Shown: positions 9,381 to 17,721 of the stretch, piece after piece
Layout of the letters: every line of letters begins with the position of its first letter
How positions within the stretch are numbered: position 1 is the stretch's first letter
Virus record (IMG/VR): IMGVR_UViG_3300036832_001149
Span: 11,535-75,534 of that record
Direction: 5' to 3' (one strand)
Length of the DNA stretch: 64,000 nt
Origin: a virus
Translations under genes and position numbers: made by a program
The notes under the pieces: model-generated
Databases searched by the model: none
Told to the model about the DNA's origin: nothing
Seen by the model: the letters and a program-made list of their open reading frames with translations, nothing else

Positions 9381-9649
9381 TGCTCGGCCTTTACAGGACC
9401 GGTCCAGTCATGGCACGCCCCGCAGTAGCGTTCCTTGATGTCGTTCTCGTTGTACGACCTGCGTCCGCAGCGGGGGCAGGTGAACCACCACTCGACAAGT
9501 GGCTTCAGGTCCTGACCCTGGGCCCCCCAGCACCACTCGCACGCGGCACAGGACAACTCCGGCCCGCTGCCGATGTCATAGGGCTCCCGCACCGCCACCA
9601 CGCCGCAGCTTGGGCAGGTCGTGGGTAATCGCCTCGGCTCGGTCATCAC
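9377..9649 (-). CDS. double zinc-ribbon hypothetical protein
   Basis: four CxxC motifs. Confidence 0.7.
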   Translation of the reverse strand: MMTEPRRLPTTCPSCGVVAVREPYDIGSGPELSCAACEWCWGAQGQDLKPLVEWWFTCPRCGRRSYNENDIKERYCGACHDWTGPVKAEQ

Positions 9650-9930
9650 TCGGCCCCGCTGACGTCATCGGGGATGGCGATGAGTTCCAGCTTCAGCCCC
9701 ATGGCCTGGAACATCGCCACCAGGTGGCCGAACAGTTCACCGAGGGCCTCCTTGGGGTCGTCGTAGCCGTGCAGGACGATCCCGCCCGTCACGTCGTCGG
9801 ACAGGAACACGATGCACTTGTCCTTCTCCTGGCTCTCCGGATGAGCGTCGAAGGTGTCGGTCATCGCATCGCAGATGCGGGTCAGGCGGTCCATCGGTTG
9901 GGAGGATTTCTTTACCATCGGGTTCTCCAT
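9646..9930 (-). CDS. hypothetical protein
   Basis: ORF track; GGAGAAC upstream of an internal ATG. Confidence 0.7.
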   Translation of the reverse strand: MENPMVKKSSQPMDRLTRICDAMTDTFDAHPESQEKDKCIVFLSDDVTGGIVLHGYDDPKEALGELFGHLVAMFQAMGLKLELIAIPDDVSGAE

Positions 9931-9945
9931 TCTTGGTCGGAAACC

Positions 9946-9973
9946 AAAAAAGGGCCGCCTGGGCAGGCGGCCC
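9946..9973 (-). terminator. intrinsic terminator
   Basis: GGGCCGCCTG/CAGGCGGCCC stem followed by TTTTTT. Confidence 0.75.
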
Positions 9974-9988
9974 CTTCGGGGTCGGTGG

Positions 9989-10201
9989 TCAGTCAGACGT
10001 GCCGGGTCGGTTGACCTTGATGATGGGCCGGGATGGCTCTATCACCCGGGTTGTCATCTGCCTCCGGAGGAGGTCCAGGATCTCGTCGCTCTTGGCTTCC
10101 AAGAGTTCGATCTTGATCTCCAGGGCCCGGATGGCGGCGCTGGTTTCACGCAGCCGCACCAGGCTGATGGCCAGCAACCGGCTCTCTTCCGATTCTGTCA
10201 T
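9989..10201 (-). CDS. coiled-coil hypothetical protein
   Basis: CAGGAGAAC RBS; own promoter and terminator. Confidence 0.75.
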   Translation of the reverse strand: MTESEESRLLAISLVRLRETSAAIRALEIKIELLEAKSDEILDLLRRQMTTRVIEPSRPIIKVNRPGTSD

Positions 10202-10254
10202 GTGTTCTCCTGTGGGTATGGCTCCCCCACCCCTGTGGCGGGGGTAGCTCGGCT

Positions 10255-10283
10255 AGTCTACCACACTATTACATCTGCCGTAA
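10255..10283 (-). promoter_or_regulatory. promoter carrying the CACTATnA box
   Basis: TTACGG-17-TAGACT with TG extension; 18-mer identical to 33332-33349. Confidence 0.7.
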
Positions 10284-10345
10284 CCAGGCCGCTATCTTCG
10301 CCGGATGCGGACACGTGCGGGGACACGGTGGGAAGACTTGAGGCT

Positions 10346-10531
10346 ATGAGCACCGTGCGCAGGACGACGATCCTGATCCTGCTCGGTGTCGCCGTGCTCG
10401 TCCTGGCGATCTTGATCCTGATCCGGAATCGCTCGCTGGACACCGATCTGCTGGCCGTCATCGGCGTGCTCGGGGGCGTGGCCATCGTGGTGGTGTCCCT
10501 GCCGACGACGAAGGACAAGGATGACGATTGA
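10346..10531 (+). CDS. 2-TM membrane protein, holin candidate
   Basis: two TM helices, charged C-terminal tail; convergent with the endolysin. Confidence 0.6.
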   Translation: MSTVRRTTILILLGVAVLVLAILILIRNRSLDTDLLAVIGVLGGVAIVVVSLPTTKDKDDD

Positions 10532-10623
10532 GCCGGGGTGACTGCTGGCTGCGGCTGTTCCTGCTGGTCGGGGCGCTGCTCGTCCTGGAGGTGCTCGTCT
10601 GGTGGTGGTGGTACGTCGGCTGA
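10528..10623 (+). CDS. 31-aa single-TM peptide
   Basis: TTGA overlap; LRLFLLVGALLVLEVLVWWWWY. Confidence 0.5.
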   Translation: MSRGDCWLRLFLLVGALLVLEVLVWWWWYVG

Positions 10624-10626
10624 GCC

Positions 10627-11730
10627 CTACCAGGTGAACAGGTGCTGCCAGTCGTCGTTCCAGATCTCGCCGTAGCGGCTGGTGGTGGCCGCGTAGCGGT
10701 CCCGCTGCCACCGGGAGACGCCGTCGGCGGTCGGCTGCTCGAACAGCCCGTCGGCGAACCCGGCGTCGTAGCCCAGTTCGTTGATGCGGTCCTGGATGGC
10801 CTTCACGTCGGGCTGCTCGTTGGCGTTGAAACCGCCGTGCGACTCGTTCGGGCCGGTGATCAGGCCGAAGTACTCGCTGGTGGGCATGTAGCTCGGCCAG
10901 GGTCGGCGTAGCTGGCCACCACCGGGCGGCTGCGGGGCCGGGGTCGAGCCGCCGCCCCCGAACAGCGCGGACCAGTCGTCCGGGTGGATCAGGCCGGTCT
11001 GGGGCCGTCCGGTGGCGGCCTGCCAGCGCACCACCCCGTCGACCGTCTGCTGCTCGTACAGCCCGTCCACGTAGCCCGCGTTGAAGCCCAGGTCGTTGAT
11101 CTTGTTCTGGATCTGGGTGACCCCGTTGCGCACGACGTCGTCGTCGTACTCATACGCCCCGGAGTGCTGCTCGTTCGGCCCGGTGACGATGCCGTACCAG
11201 TGCCCGGGCGGCAGGGACCAGACCCCGGGCGCGGGCATCGGGACCGGGGGAGCGCTGCCGCCCCCGGCGTTGATGACGTCGGCGATGGTGGCCAGCCGGT
11301 TGGTGTCGTTGGCGTAGGCCCGATAGAAGGAAAGGTGCACATGCCACAAATGGGACGAATCCCATTCGCCGTTGCCCTCGTGGCCGTTGGACAGGTCGTA
11401 GCTCTTGGTCACGCTGCCGTTGGTGGTCCCGCCGAACTCGCGCAGCCCGGATAGCCGGGAGTCGCCCGCCTTGGCTGCATCGAGCAGCCGCTGGGTCACC
11501 AGCTTCATGTCCCCGGAGTTGAAGGACACGTCCAGGGCCGAGGCGGCCTGGCCGTCGCCCTGCTTGTCCAGGGCGAGTTGGCGGGAGTAGTCGTTGGAGG
11601 GCAGCACGTCCCGGCAGCGGTGGTAGCCGTAGGTGTGGGCCGAGTCGCCGATGATGCCGGACATCTGCTTGCTGCCGATGGTGATGCGGTTGTACACGTT
11701 CTGAATCGCAGCGGGAGCGTATTCGGTCAT
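10627..11730 (-). CDS. endolysin: zinc peptidase-like domain plus two peptidoglycan-binding repeats
   Basis: GIIGD.AH..GYH, ALDV, HLWHVHLSF; two repeats GxxTGPNExH...V..IQ..IN.LG...DGL...T.DGV.RWQ. Confidence 0.85.
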   Translation of the reverse strand: MTEYAPAAIQNVYNRITIGSKQMSGIIGDSAHTYGYHRCRDVLPSNDYSRQLALDKQGDGQAASALDVSFNSGDMKLVTQRLLDAAKAGDSRLSGLREFGGTTNGSVTKSYDLSNGHEGNGEWDSSHLWHVHLSFYRAYANDTNRLATIADVINAGGGSAPPVPMPAPGVWSLPPGHWYGIVTGPNEQHSGAYEYDDDVVRNGVTQIQNKINDLGFNAGYVDGLYEQQTVDGVVRWQAATGRPQTGLIHPDDWSALFGGGGSTPAPQPPGGGQLRRPWPSYMPTSEYFGLITGPNESHGGFNANEQPDVKAIQDRINELGYDAGFADGLFEQPTADGVSRWQRDRYAATTSRYGEIWNDDWQHLFTW

Positions 11731-11766
11731 GCTCGCAGGCTAAACCCGAATGAGGTCCGGACATAG

Positions 11767-11804
11767 GAAAGCCCCGCCTCCCGGGCTGGGATGGCGGGGC
11801 TTTC
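11767..11804. terminator. terminator hairpin, possibly bidirectional
   Basis: GAAAGCCCCGCC/GGCGGGGCTTTC. Confidence 0.7.
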
Positions 11805-11810
11805 GGGTCC

Positions 11811-12158
11811 CTAGTTGATCGTCTGCCACGAGTTTCCGTCGGACGACACCAGCACCTTGTGCTCGGCGGCGGGGTAGGAGCCGACGGTGACCTGGCACTC
11901 GAAGTAGTGGGCGTTCTCGTGGATGCAGTTGGCCGAGACGGTGGAGCCGTCGGTCACCTTGTCCTGGTAGCTCTGCTCGACCGACGTGGAGAGGGTTGCC
12001 TCGTCCATGTAGGTGGCGGATGAGCCGCTGTCGCCGCTGCTGTCGTTGTTGCTGTGCTCGCCGATGGCGATGACCACAACGGCCAGGATCAGCGCGATCC
12101 AGATCTTCCGGTGGCTCTTCTTCTTGGCCGGGGCCGGAGGGGTGGCGTCTTCGAACAT
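11811..12158 (-). CDS. membrane-anchored protein
   Basis: AAGGAGAAC RBS; Lys cluster, TM helix, then a two-Cys extracellular domain. Confidence 0.8.
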   Translation of the reverse strand: MFEDATPPAPAKKKSHRKIWIALILAVVVIAIGEHSNNDSSGDSGSSATYMDEATLSTSVEQSYQDKVTDGSTVSANCIHENAHYFECQVTVGSYPAAEHKVLVSSDGNSWQTIN

Positions 12159-12200
12159 GTTGTTCTCCTTGGGGTAGTCGGGCAGGTATCTCCTGCCTTT

Positions 12201-12222
12201 CACTATTACCCAGTATACCACA
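12201..12222 (-). promoter_or_regulatory. extended -10 promoter with a CACTATTAC box at the start site
   Basis: TGTGG-TATACT at 12212-12222; box at 12201-12209. Confidence 0.65.
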
Positions 12223-12243
12223 TGATTAATTAACGGGCATAAG

Positions 12244-12281
12244 GAAAGCCCCACCGCTCAATTGATTGCGGTGGGGCTCTC
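12244..12281 (-). terminator. terminator
   Basis: AGCCCCACCGC/GCGGTGGGGCT stem followed by TTCCTT. Confidence 0.7.
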
Positions 12282-12305
12282 GGCTAGCGGTGGATCGGGA
12301 TCGAC

Positions 12306-12578
12306 CTAGTCGTTGATGGCCTGCCAGGCGGCACCGAGGGCGGTAACGGCTCCCAGCGGCGGGTAGATCGCGGTGGCGGCTGCGGTGGCCAGGACCCGGC
12401 GGGTGTTCCGCTTGAAGCGGGGGGTAACCCGCAACAGGGCCTGGTCGTCGTCGCCATCCAAGCTCACGAACTTGCGGCTGGGGCGCTTCGGCGTCTCGGT
12501 CGCCGTGGCCTGGGTCGGTTCCGTCTCCGGAACCTCGGCCTCGACAGCGACGGTGGTCTTCTCGTTCTTCTCGCTCAT
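12306..12578 (-). CDS. hypothetical protein with hydrophobic C-terminus
   Basis: AGAGAAC RBS; own promoter. Confidence 0.7.
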   Translation of the reverse strand: MSEKNEKTTVAVEAEVPETEPTQATATETPKRPSRKFVSLDGDDDQALLRVTPRFKRNTRRVLATAAATAIYPPLGAVTALGAAWQAIND

Positions 12579-12629
12579 TGTGTTCTCTTTTCTCTGGGGT
12601 GGGGAGCTATCTGCTCCCTCACTGACTCC

Positions 12630-12659
12630 ACTATAACACACTATGATTTCTGTTGTCAA
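12630..12659 (-). promoter_or_regulatory. consensus SigA promoter with CACTATGA box
   Basis: TTGACA-18-TATAGT. Confidence 0.8.
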
Positions 12660-12707
12660 GGTGAAACGTGGAAAGCCACCTGAAATGGGTGGCTCGCTCT
12701 GCTGTTG

Positions 12708-12737
12708 ACTGTACCACACTATAACAAGGAAGGCGAA
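12708..12737 (-). promoter_or_regulatory. extended -10 promoter with CACTATAA box
   Basis: TGTGG-TACAGT. Confidence 0.55.
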
Positions 12738-12858
12738 CAGACGGGCCCGGAAAAGCCGAAGAGCCACCCGGTGTGAGGGGAGTGGCTCTTCGATGTGGTT
12801 ACGCAGTGTTCAGTTGTACCGCCGAGAATACGTCTTCCCCTTCCGGGGAGCGAAGGGT

Positions 12859-13020
12859 TTACTCCTCCTCCAGTACGGCCACCACCTGGTCCAGCTTGGC
12901 ATCCACCTCGTCCAGCTTGGAGACCAGCGTGGAGATCATCCGGGACATCTCCTGGATAACGGTGCCGAGCCGGTCGGCCACAGCGTTGGCCACCTCGTCG
13001 TTGTGCTGATCGTCAGCCAT
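12859..13020 (-). CDS. 53-aa coiled-coil protein (not in ORF track)
   Basis: MADDQHNDEV...KLDEVDAKLDQVVAVLEEE; AAGGAG upstream. Confidence 0.7.
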   Translation of the reverse strand: MADDQHNDEVANAVADRLGTVIQEMSRMISTLVSKLDEVDAKLDQVVAVLEEE

Positions 13021-13022
13021 TC

Positions 13023-13247
13023 TCATGCTCCTTCGGTTACTTCGGCGGATTCCAGGGCGTGGAGTATCTCGTACAGCGCGGAACAGATGCCCTCAATGGT
13101 GGCATCCACGTCCAGACCGGACATGGAGACGACCAGGGATACCTCATCCTGGTCCGGAGCCAACTCCACCAACAGGTAGGGGGTATCCCCGATCAGCCGG
13201 TAGTGCTCATAGGCAGTGGGTTCGTCTCGGAAAGCCACGTCCTCCAT
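13023..13247 (-). CDS. hypothetical protein
   Basis: GAGGA RBS; acidic 74 aa. Confidence 0.65.
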   Translation of the reverse strand: MEDVAFRDEPTAYEHYRLIGDTPYLLVELAPDQDEVSLVVSMSGLDVDATIEGICSALYEILHALESAEVTEGA

Positions 13248-13864
13248 ACCGGAATCCTCTTCTCCTCGGCGGTCCGGATACAGTCTGCGGTACCCCGACC
13301 ACCGGAGAAGGCCACCAGTATTCCGGGAGCGAAGTGCTCCAGCATCAGCCGGTTCCGCAGCGGTCCGGCCCGATTCCCGTAGAGGTTCCAGTCCGGTAGG
13401 TAGACCCGGACCGGACAGCCCGTCTTCACCGCCCAGCGGGCCGCGAGGGTATCGGCCCCGGCTGCCCCACCGTGGGCCAGCACCGAGATATCCAGCGAGT
13501 TCAGGGTTCGGGCCAGGTACCGGTCATCGGCGAAGTTCCGGCCTCCGGTCACCGCCACCCGTAATCCGGTCTCCCGGGGCGGGAACTGTTCCGGGTCGAT
13601 GACCTTCCGCTGAGCGGTGGCCGCACATCCGGCATGCTGCAGAGCCCACCAGTTCCTCTCGGGTCGGATCAGCAGTTGACCGGCGTAGATCCGCATCCCG
13701 CACAGCCGACAGCGCTTGCCGATCAGCGACCCGGTCGCCCGGACCAACCGGACGGTGGAGGACTCATCCTCACCCTCGGAGGGGATGAGCGGTGCTTCAC
13801 CGTGGGGTGCGGCCGGACGATCGGAGTCCACTGGGGAAGCATAGGGCCCCGACCGGGTTGCCAT
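13193..13864 (-). CDS. SLOG-superfamily (DUF2493/YspA-like) protein with N-terminal zinc knuckle
   Basis: VAVTGGRNF, HGGAAGAD, AGPLRNRLML, AFSGGRGT. Confidence 0.8.
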   Translation of the reverse strand: MATRSGPYASPVDSDRPAAPHGEAPLIPSEGEDESSTVRLVRATGSLIGKRCRLCGMRIYAGQLLIRPERNWWALQHAGCAATAQRKVIDPEQFPPRETGLRVAVTGGRNFADDRYLARTLNSLDISVLAHGGAAGADTLAARWAVKTGCPVRVYLPDWNLYGNRAGPLRNRLMLEHFAPGILVAFSGGRGTADCIRTAEEKRIPVWRTWLSETNPLPMSTTG

Positions 13865-13899
13865 CCGTATGTCGGGGCCCTGCTGCGGTGCTACGCATT

Positions 13900-14324
13900 A
13901 CCAGTTATACCCGTTTGTGGAACAACCACACCAGGAAACCCTTGTCGGGGAAAGCAGTCCCCACCCGGCTGCCGGGGGCCGCAGGCGGCCCCAAAGACAC
14001 AAGACCCCCAGCGCATCCTCACCAGAAAAAATCATTCCTGGCTGCATCTTCTCCGCAACGGTCACCGGCTGTGAGGGAATCCCTCGGCTTGCCCGCCTAC
14101 GTCAGCGGGTTCCGGCATGGCCGTACAACCTCCACTGACGAGGGTTTGACCTCGGGGGTAAGCCGGGCTCCAGTAGTAACTTCGCAAGCTGAGGGATCGT
14201 CGCTCCGACGTAGTACTCTGGGCTTGCGTTCTAGACAATCGCCACCCTACAACCGACCTCGGTCGGGGACCAGGGCGCGTAACGCCCGATTTGGGGATTG
14301 CACCCCGGTCGGGCGTTACTTTTT
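13900..14324 (+). ncRNA. candidate structured RNA or leader ending in a terminator
   Basis: no credible CDS; many stems whose G-U pairs favour the + strand; 11-bp terminator stem followed by TTTTT. Confidence 0.45.
14279..14324 (+). terminator. intrinsic terminator
   Basis: GTAACGCCCGA/TCGGGCGTTAC followed by TTTTT. Confidence 0.75.
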
Positions 14325-14328
14325 CCCC

Positions 14329-14520
14329 ATGACGATCACCGAGCAGGCGGCGGCCCTGGCGGCCCGGTTGCCGCCCGACACGCGGGACGCGCTGGATGAC
14401 TTGTATGACGAGGACCAGCGAGCAGAATGGCAGCGACGGTACTTCCTGTCCTGCGCTCGTCGCCGCCGCACAATGATCTTCTTGGCCCTCCGGGAGGCCG
14501 GGTACAGCACGTCCCCCTGA
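14329..14520 (+). CDS. hypothetical protein (no RBS)
   Basis: 63-aa ORF immediately after the terminator. Confidence 0.4.
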   Translation: MTITEQAAALAARLPPDTRDALDDLYDEDQRAEWQRRYFLSCARRRRTMIFLALREAGYSTSP

Positions 14521-14610
14521 GTCCGGTGAACCTTCACCCGGTTCTCCATTGGAGTCTGTCCTACTCTGGTGCATCTTGATCTAATCGTAATGTCCGAGTA
14601 GAACTGTGCC

Positions 14611-15834
14611 ATGCGGTTGCCATCGCCTGAAGCCCTCCTGCTCTCCTCCGTCCTGAACACCTCAGACCTCTCCGAAGCCCTGCGCCGGGGTGTGTGCCCC
14701 GAGCACTTCACCGGCTACCGGGCCGAATGGGAGTTCCTGACCCGGTACAGCCGGGACTACCACGACACCCCGTCCCTGGACGTGGTGCTGTCGGTCTATC
14801 CGGAGTTCCCCTACCGCACCGGGGCGACCGAGGTGGCCTTCTTCGCCGACCAGGTCATCGAGCGGCACAACCACCGCTCGGTCAAGGCGATGCTGCTGGC
14901 CTCGGCCGACCACCTGGCCTCGGGCGACCTGGGCCAGGCCGTGTCCGCGATGCGCTCGGTCAGCGTCACCGGGACATCCCTGCCGCCGACCGACGCCGTC
15001 CGCAGCTACTGCGTGGCCGACGAACTGGACGCCGAGCGGCAGAACGCGGTCCCCTATCCCTGGGCCACCCTCCAGTCCCACACCGGGGGGATGTGGCCCG
15101 GGGATTTCGCTGTCTTCGCCGCCCGCACCACGGTGGGCAAGTCCTGGGGGCTGATCTACGCCGCCGTCAACGCGGTGATGCTCGGGCACACGGTGCGCTA
15201 CTACAGCCTGGAGATGCCGACCGCCCAGATCGTGGCCCGGGTCCATGCGGTGCTGGGCAACCTGCTCGGCTTCCGCCTGTCCCACACCGCGCTGCACCAC
15301 CGCAGCGTCGACCGCATCCTGTACAAGCGGCTGCTGGCCGAGATGGAGAAGAAGGTCCCGGGCGTGTTCGAGGTGATCGACACCAGTTCCGGGCGGATCA
15401 CCCCGGCCTCGGTCGCCAACTGCACCGGGGTGGACCTGGTGCTGGTCGACCACATCGGCCTGATGAGCCAGCCCGACGGCCGCCGGGCCATCGAGGACTG
15501 GCGGGTGATGGCCACGGTGTCCAACATGCTCAAGGAGGTGGCCATCTCCTCGGCCGTGCCGGTCCTGGTCGCCTCCCAGATCAACCGGGAGGGCGGTCGG
15601 GGCAAGGCACTGCCGGGGATAGCCGATCTGGCCCAGAGCGACGCGATCGGGCAGGACGCCGACGTGCTGGTGACGATGCGCCGGATGGCCGGGCCGGTGA
15701 TGAAGTACGCCCTGCCCAAGAACCGGCACGGGCTGAACGAGGTGAACTTCTATGGCCGGTTCGACCCGGACTACGGTCGGCTGTCCGAGATCACCCGGGA
15801 GACGGCGGAGGACCTGTGCGATGAGACCACGTGA
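14611..15834 (+). CDS. dnaB: DnaB-like replicative helicase
   Basis: Walker A ARTTVGKS, YSLEM, VDHIGLM, ASQINRE, SDAIGQDAD, KNRHG. Confidence 0.92.
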   Translation: MRLPSPEALLLSSVLNTSDLSEALRRGVCPEHFTGYRAEWEFLTRYSRDYHDTPSLDVVLSVYPEFPYRTGATEVAFFADQVIERHNHRSVKAMLLASADHLASGDLGQAVSAMRSVSVTGTSLPPTDAVRSYCVADELDAERQNAVPYPWATLQSHTGGMWPGDFAVFAARTTVGKSWGLIYAAVNAVMLGHTVRYYSLEMPTAQIVARVHAVLGNLLGFRLSHTALHHRSVDRILYKRLLAEMEKKVPGVFEVIDTSSGRITPASVANCTGVDLVLVDHIGLMSQPDGRRAIEDWRVMATVSNMLKEVAISSAVPVLVASQINREGGRGKALPGIADLAQSDAIGQDADVLVTMRRMAGPVMKYALPKNRHGLNEVNFYGRFDPDYGRLSEITRETAEDLCDETT

Positions 15835-16234
15835 GGGGGCGAACCCGGACCAGTGGGACATCATGGACGTCGGCTTCCTGGATTACTTCCGGGTGCTGGA
15901 CTACATGGAACGCGGCAAGGACCTGGGCGGGACGGACATCTGGATCTCCCAGTGGTTCGACGCGCCGCACTGGCGGACCCTGCTCTACGGCCACTGCACC
16001 CATGAGGACACCGTGAGCCAGGGCGTGTACACCGTCCCGGACGACGTGCTGGCCACTACCAGCGACCTGCCCCGGTTGACCGCCCTGGCCTTCATGGCCG
16101 CCCTGCGCGAGGCGTACCGGCGGTGCGGGATCTGGCCGTCGGGCTGGAAGGAGTGCCCGGACTGTGCCGGGGAGGGCATCGCCGATGGCGAACAGTGCGA
16201 GATGTGCCACGGCGAGGGGGGTTGGCATGACTGA
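15821..16234 (+). CDS. hypothetical protein with CxxCxGxG zinc finger
   Basis: CPDCAGEG...CEMCHGEG. Confidence 0.7.
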   Translation: MRPREGANPDQWDIMDVGFLDYFRVLDYMERGKDLGGTDIWISQWFDAPHWRTLLYGHCTHEDTVSQGVYTVPDDVLATTSDLPRLTALAFMAALREAYRRCGIWPSGWKECPDCAGEGIADGEQCEMCHGEGGWHD

Positions 16235-16406
16235 TCCGACGCAGACCTGCCAGATATGCGGCCGGGTCGTCACCGTCACCCCGGACGGTCGGGGCTTTCC
16301 GCCGGACATCGCCAAGCGGAAGCTGGCCAAGCTCTGCCGGGAGGACGGGCACAAGTCCGACCCGAGATACCGGGCCGGTCTGTACCTCGTTCCCAAACAA
16401 CCGTGA
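16227..16406 (+). CDS. small hypothetical protein
   Basis: CQIC...C...H; operon packing. Confidence 0.65.
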   Translation: MTDPTQTCQICGRVVTVTPDGRGFPPDIAKRKLAKLCREDGHKSDPRYRAGLYLVPKQP

Positions 16407-17224
16407 TCACGCTGACCCAGGCCCTGGCCAACGGCACCGGGACCGAGCGCAAGTTCTCCTGTCCGGTGCACCACGACACCAATCCATCGGCGTCGGTCAA
16501 CGTGGTCAAGGGCAAGTGGTTCTGCTACGTCTGTCACGCCCACGGCACCCTGGACGGCGCGGTCTACGACGATCTGGACGCCTACGCCATCCTGGACACC
16601 ATCACCGCGATGCTCGACGAGCCCGAGAGCGAGTACCACTCGGAGGGGTGGCTGGACCAGTTCGACGCCGGACGGCCGTGCGAGTACTGGCTGGCCCGCT
16701 TCGAGCCGGAGACGGTGGCCCACTTCCGGCTGGGCTATGACGCGGTCAAGGACGCGGCGACCTACCCGCTGCGCTCCCCGGCCGGGAACCTGATCGGGGT
16801 GGTCCGGCGCGACCTGGTCGGAACCTCGACCAAGTACCGCTACCCGTACCGGACCCGGACCACCGACCTGTTGTTCAACTACGGCTTCGACCAGGTCGAG
16901 CAGGTGCTGCTGACCGAGGGCGCGACCGACGCCATGGCCGCCTGGGAGGCGGGCTACACGCCGGAGAACGGCAGCCTGGCGGTGGCCTGCTTCTCCAACC
17001 GGCTCTCGGCCCATCAGACGTGGCTGCTGAACCGGATCAGCCCGGAACGGATCGTGGTCTGCTTCGACGACGACGAGGCCGGACGGGTCGGAGTCGCGCA
17101 GGTCCAACAGGCGCTGGCCGGAGAATACCCTGTGTTTCGCGCGGTATTCGGTGGGGCCAAGGACCTGGCCGAACTGTCCCCCGACCTCCGCAGGAAGAGC
17201 GTCCGGCAGGCTATTGCACTCTGA
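16403..17224 (+). CDS. DNA primase (CHC2 zinc finger plus TOPRIM)
   Basis: CPVHHD.NPS...CYVC; TEGATD; FDDDEAG; KD. Confidence 0.9.
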   Translation: MITLTQALANGTGTERKFSCPVHHDTNPSASVNVVKGKWFCYVCHAHGTLDGAVYDDLDAYAILDTITAMLDEPESEYHSEGWLDQFDAGRPCEYWLARFEPETVAHFRLGYDAVKDAATYPLRSPAGNLIGVVRRDLVGTSTKYRYPYRTRTTDLLFNYGFDQVEQVLLTEGATDAMAAWEAGYTPENGSLAVACFSNRLSAHQTWLLNRISPERIVVCFDDDEAGRVGVAQVQQALAGEYPVFRAVFGGAKDLAELSPDLRRKSVRQAIAL

Positions 17225-17242
17225 CTAAAACAGGGATACGTT
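17214..17242 (+). promoter_or_regulatory. SigA-type promoter
   Basis: TTGCAC-17-TACGTT. Confidence 0.55.
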
Positions 17243-17283
17243 TGGTATCCAGAAAGTGAACCATAGTCAGAGGAGAGACGATC

Positions 17284-17721
17284 ATGACAGCCTTGCGGGT
17301 CACCCGTTCCGGGGCCCCTCCCGGGAACTACGCCGCGAAGATAACCGCCCTGGCCCAGGGGTTGAAGAACGCCAAGGAAGCACTGGAGGCGGCCCAGGAG
17401 GCCGTGACGGTGCTCCAGAACGAGATGCTGACGGCGATGTCGGCCCAGGGGTTGGCGTCCACGACCGTCGCGCTGGGCGATGCCCGCTACAAGGTCACCA
17501 TGGTGGCCGGGGAGCGGCTGGAGATCGACGAGGGCGGCCTGCGCAAGGACCTGTCCGCGCCGGTGTTCGACAAGCTGTGCAACCTGAAGATCGACCGCAC
17601 CAAGCTGGAACTGGCCATCGCCGAAGGCCGGGTCGACCCCGTCGTGGTGGCCTCCCACACCACCCATCGGCACAACCGGCCGTTCGTGAAGCTGACCGTG
17701 GTGGCCGGGAGCGAGCAGTGA
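17284..17721 (+). CDS. hypothetical protein (N-terminal coiled coil)
   Basis: GAGGAG RBS. Confidence 0.8.
   Translation: MTALRVTRSGAPPGNYAAKITALAQGLKNAKEALEAAQEAVTVLQNEMLTAMSAQGLASTTVALGDARYKVTMVAGERLEIDEGGLRKDLSAPVFDKLCNLKIDRTKLELAIAEGRVDPVVVASHTTHRHNRPFVKLTVVAGSEQ

Noticed and set aside
14135-14160. CTGACGA as a hammerhead core
   Set aside because: No GAAA follows the hairpin.
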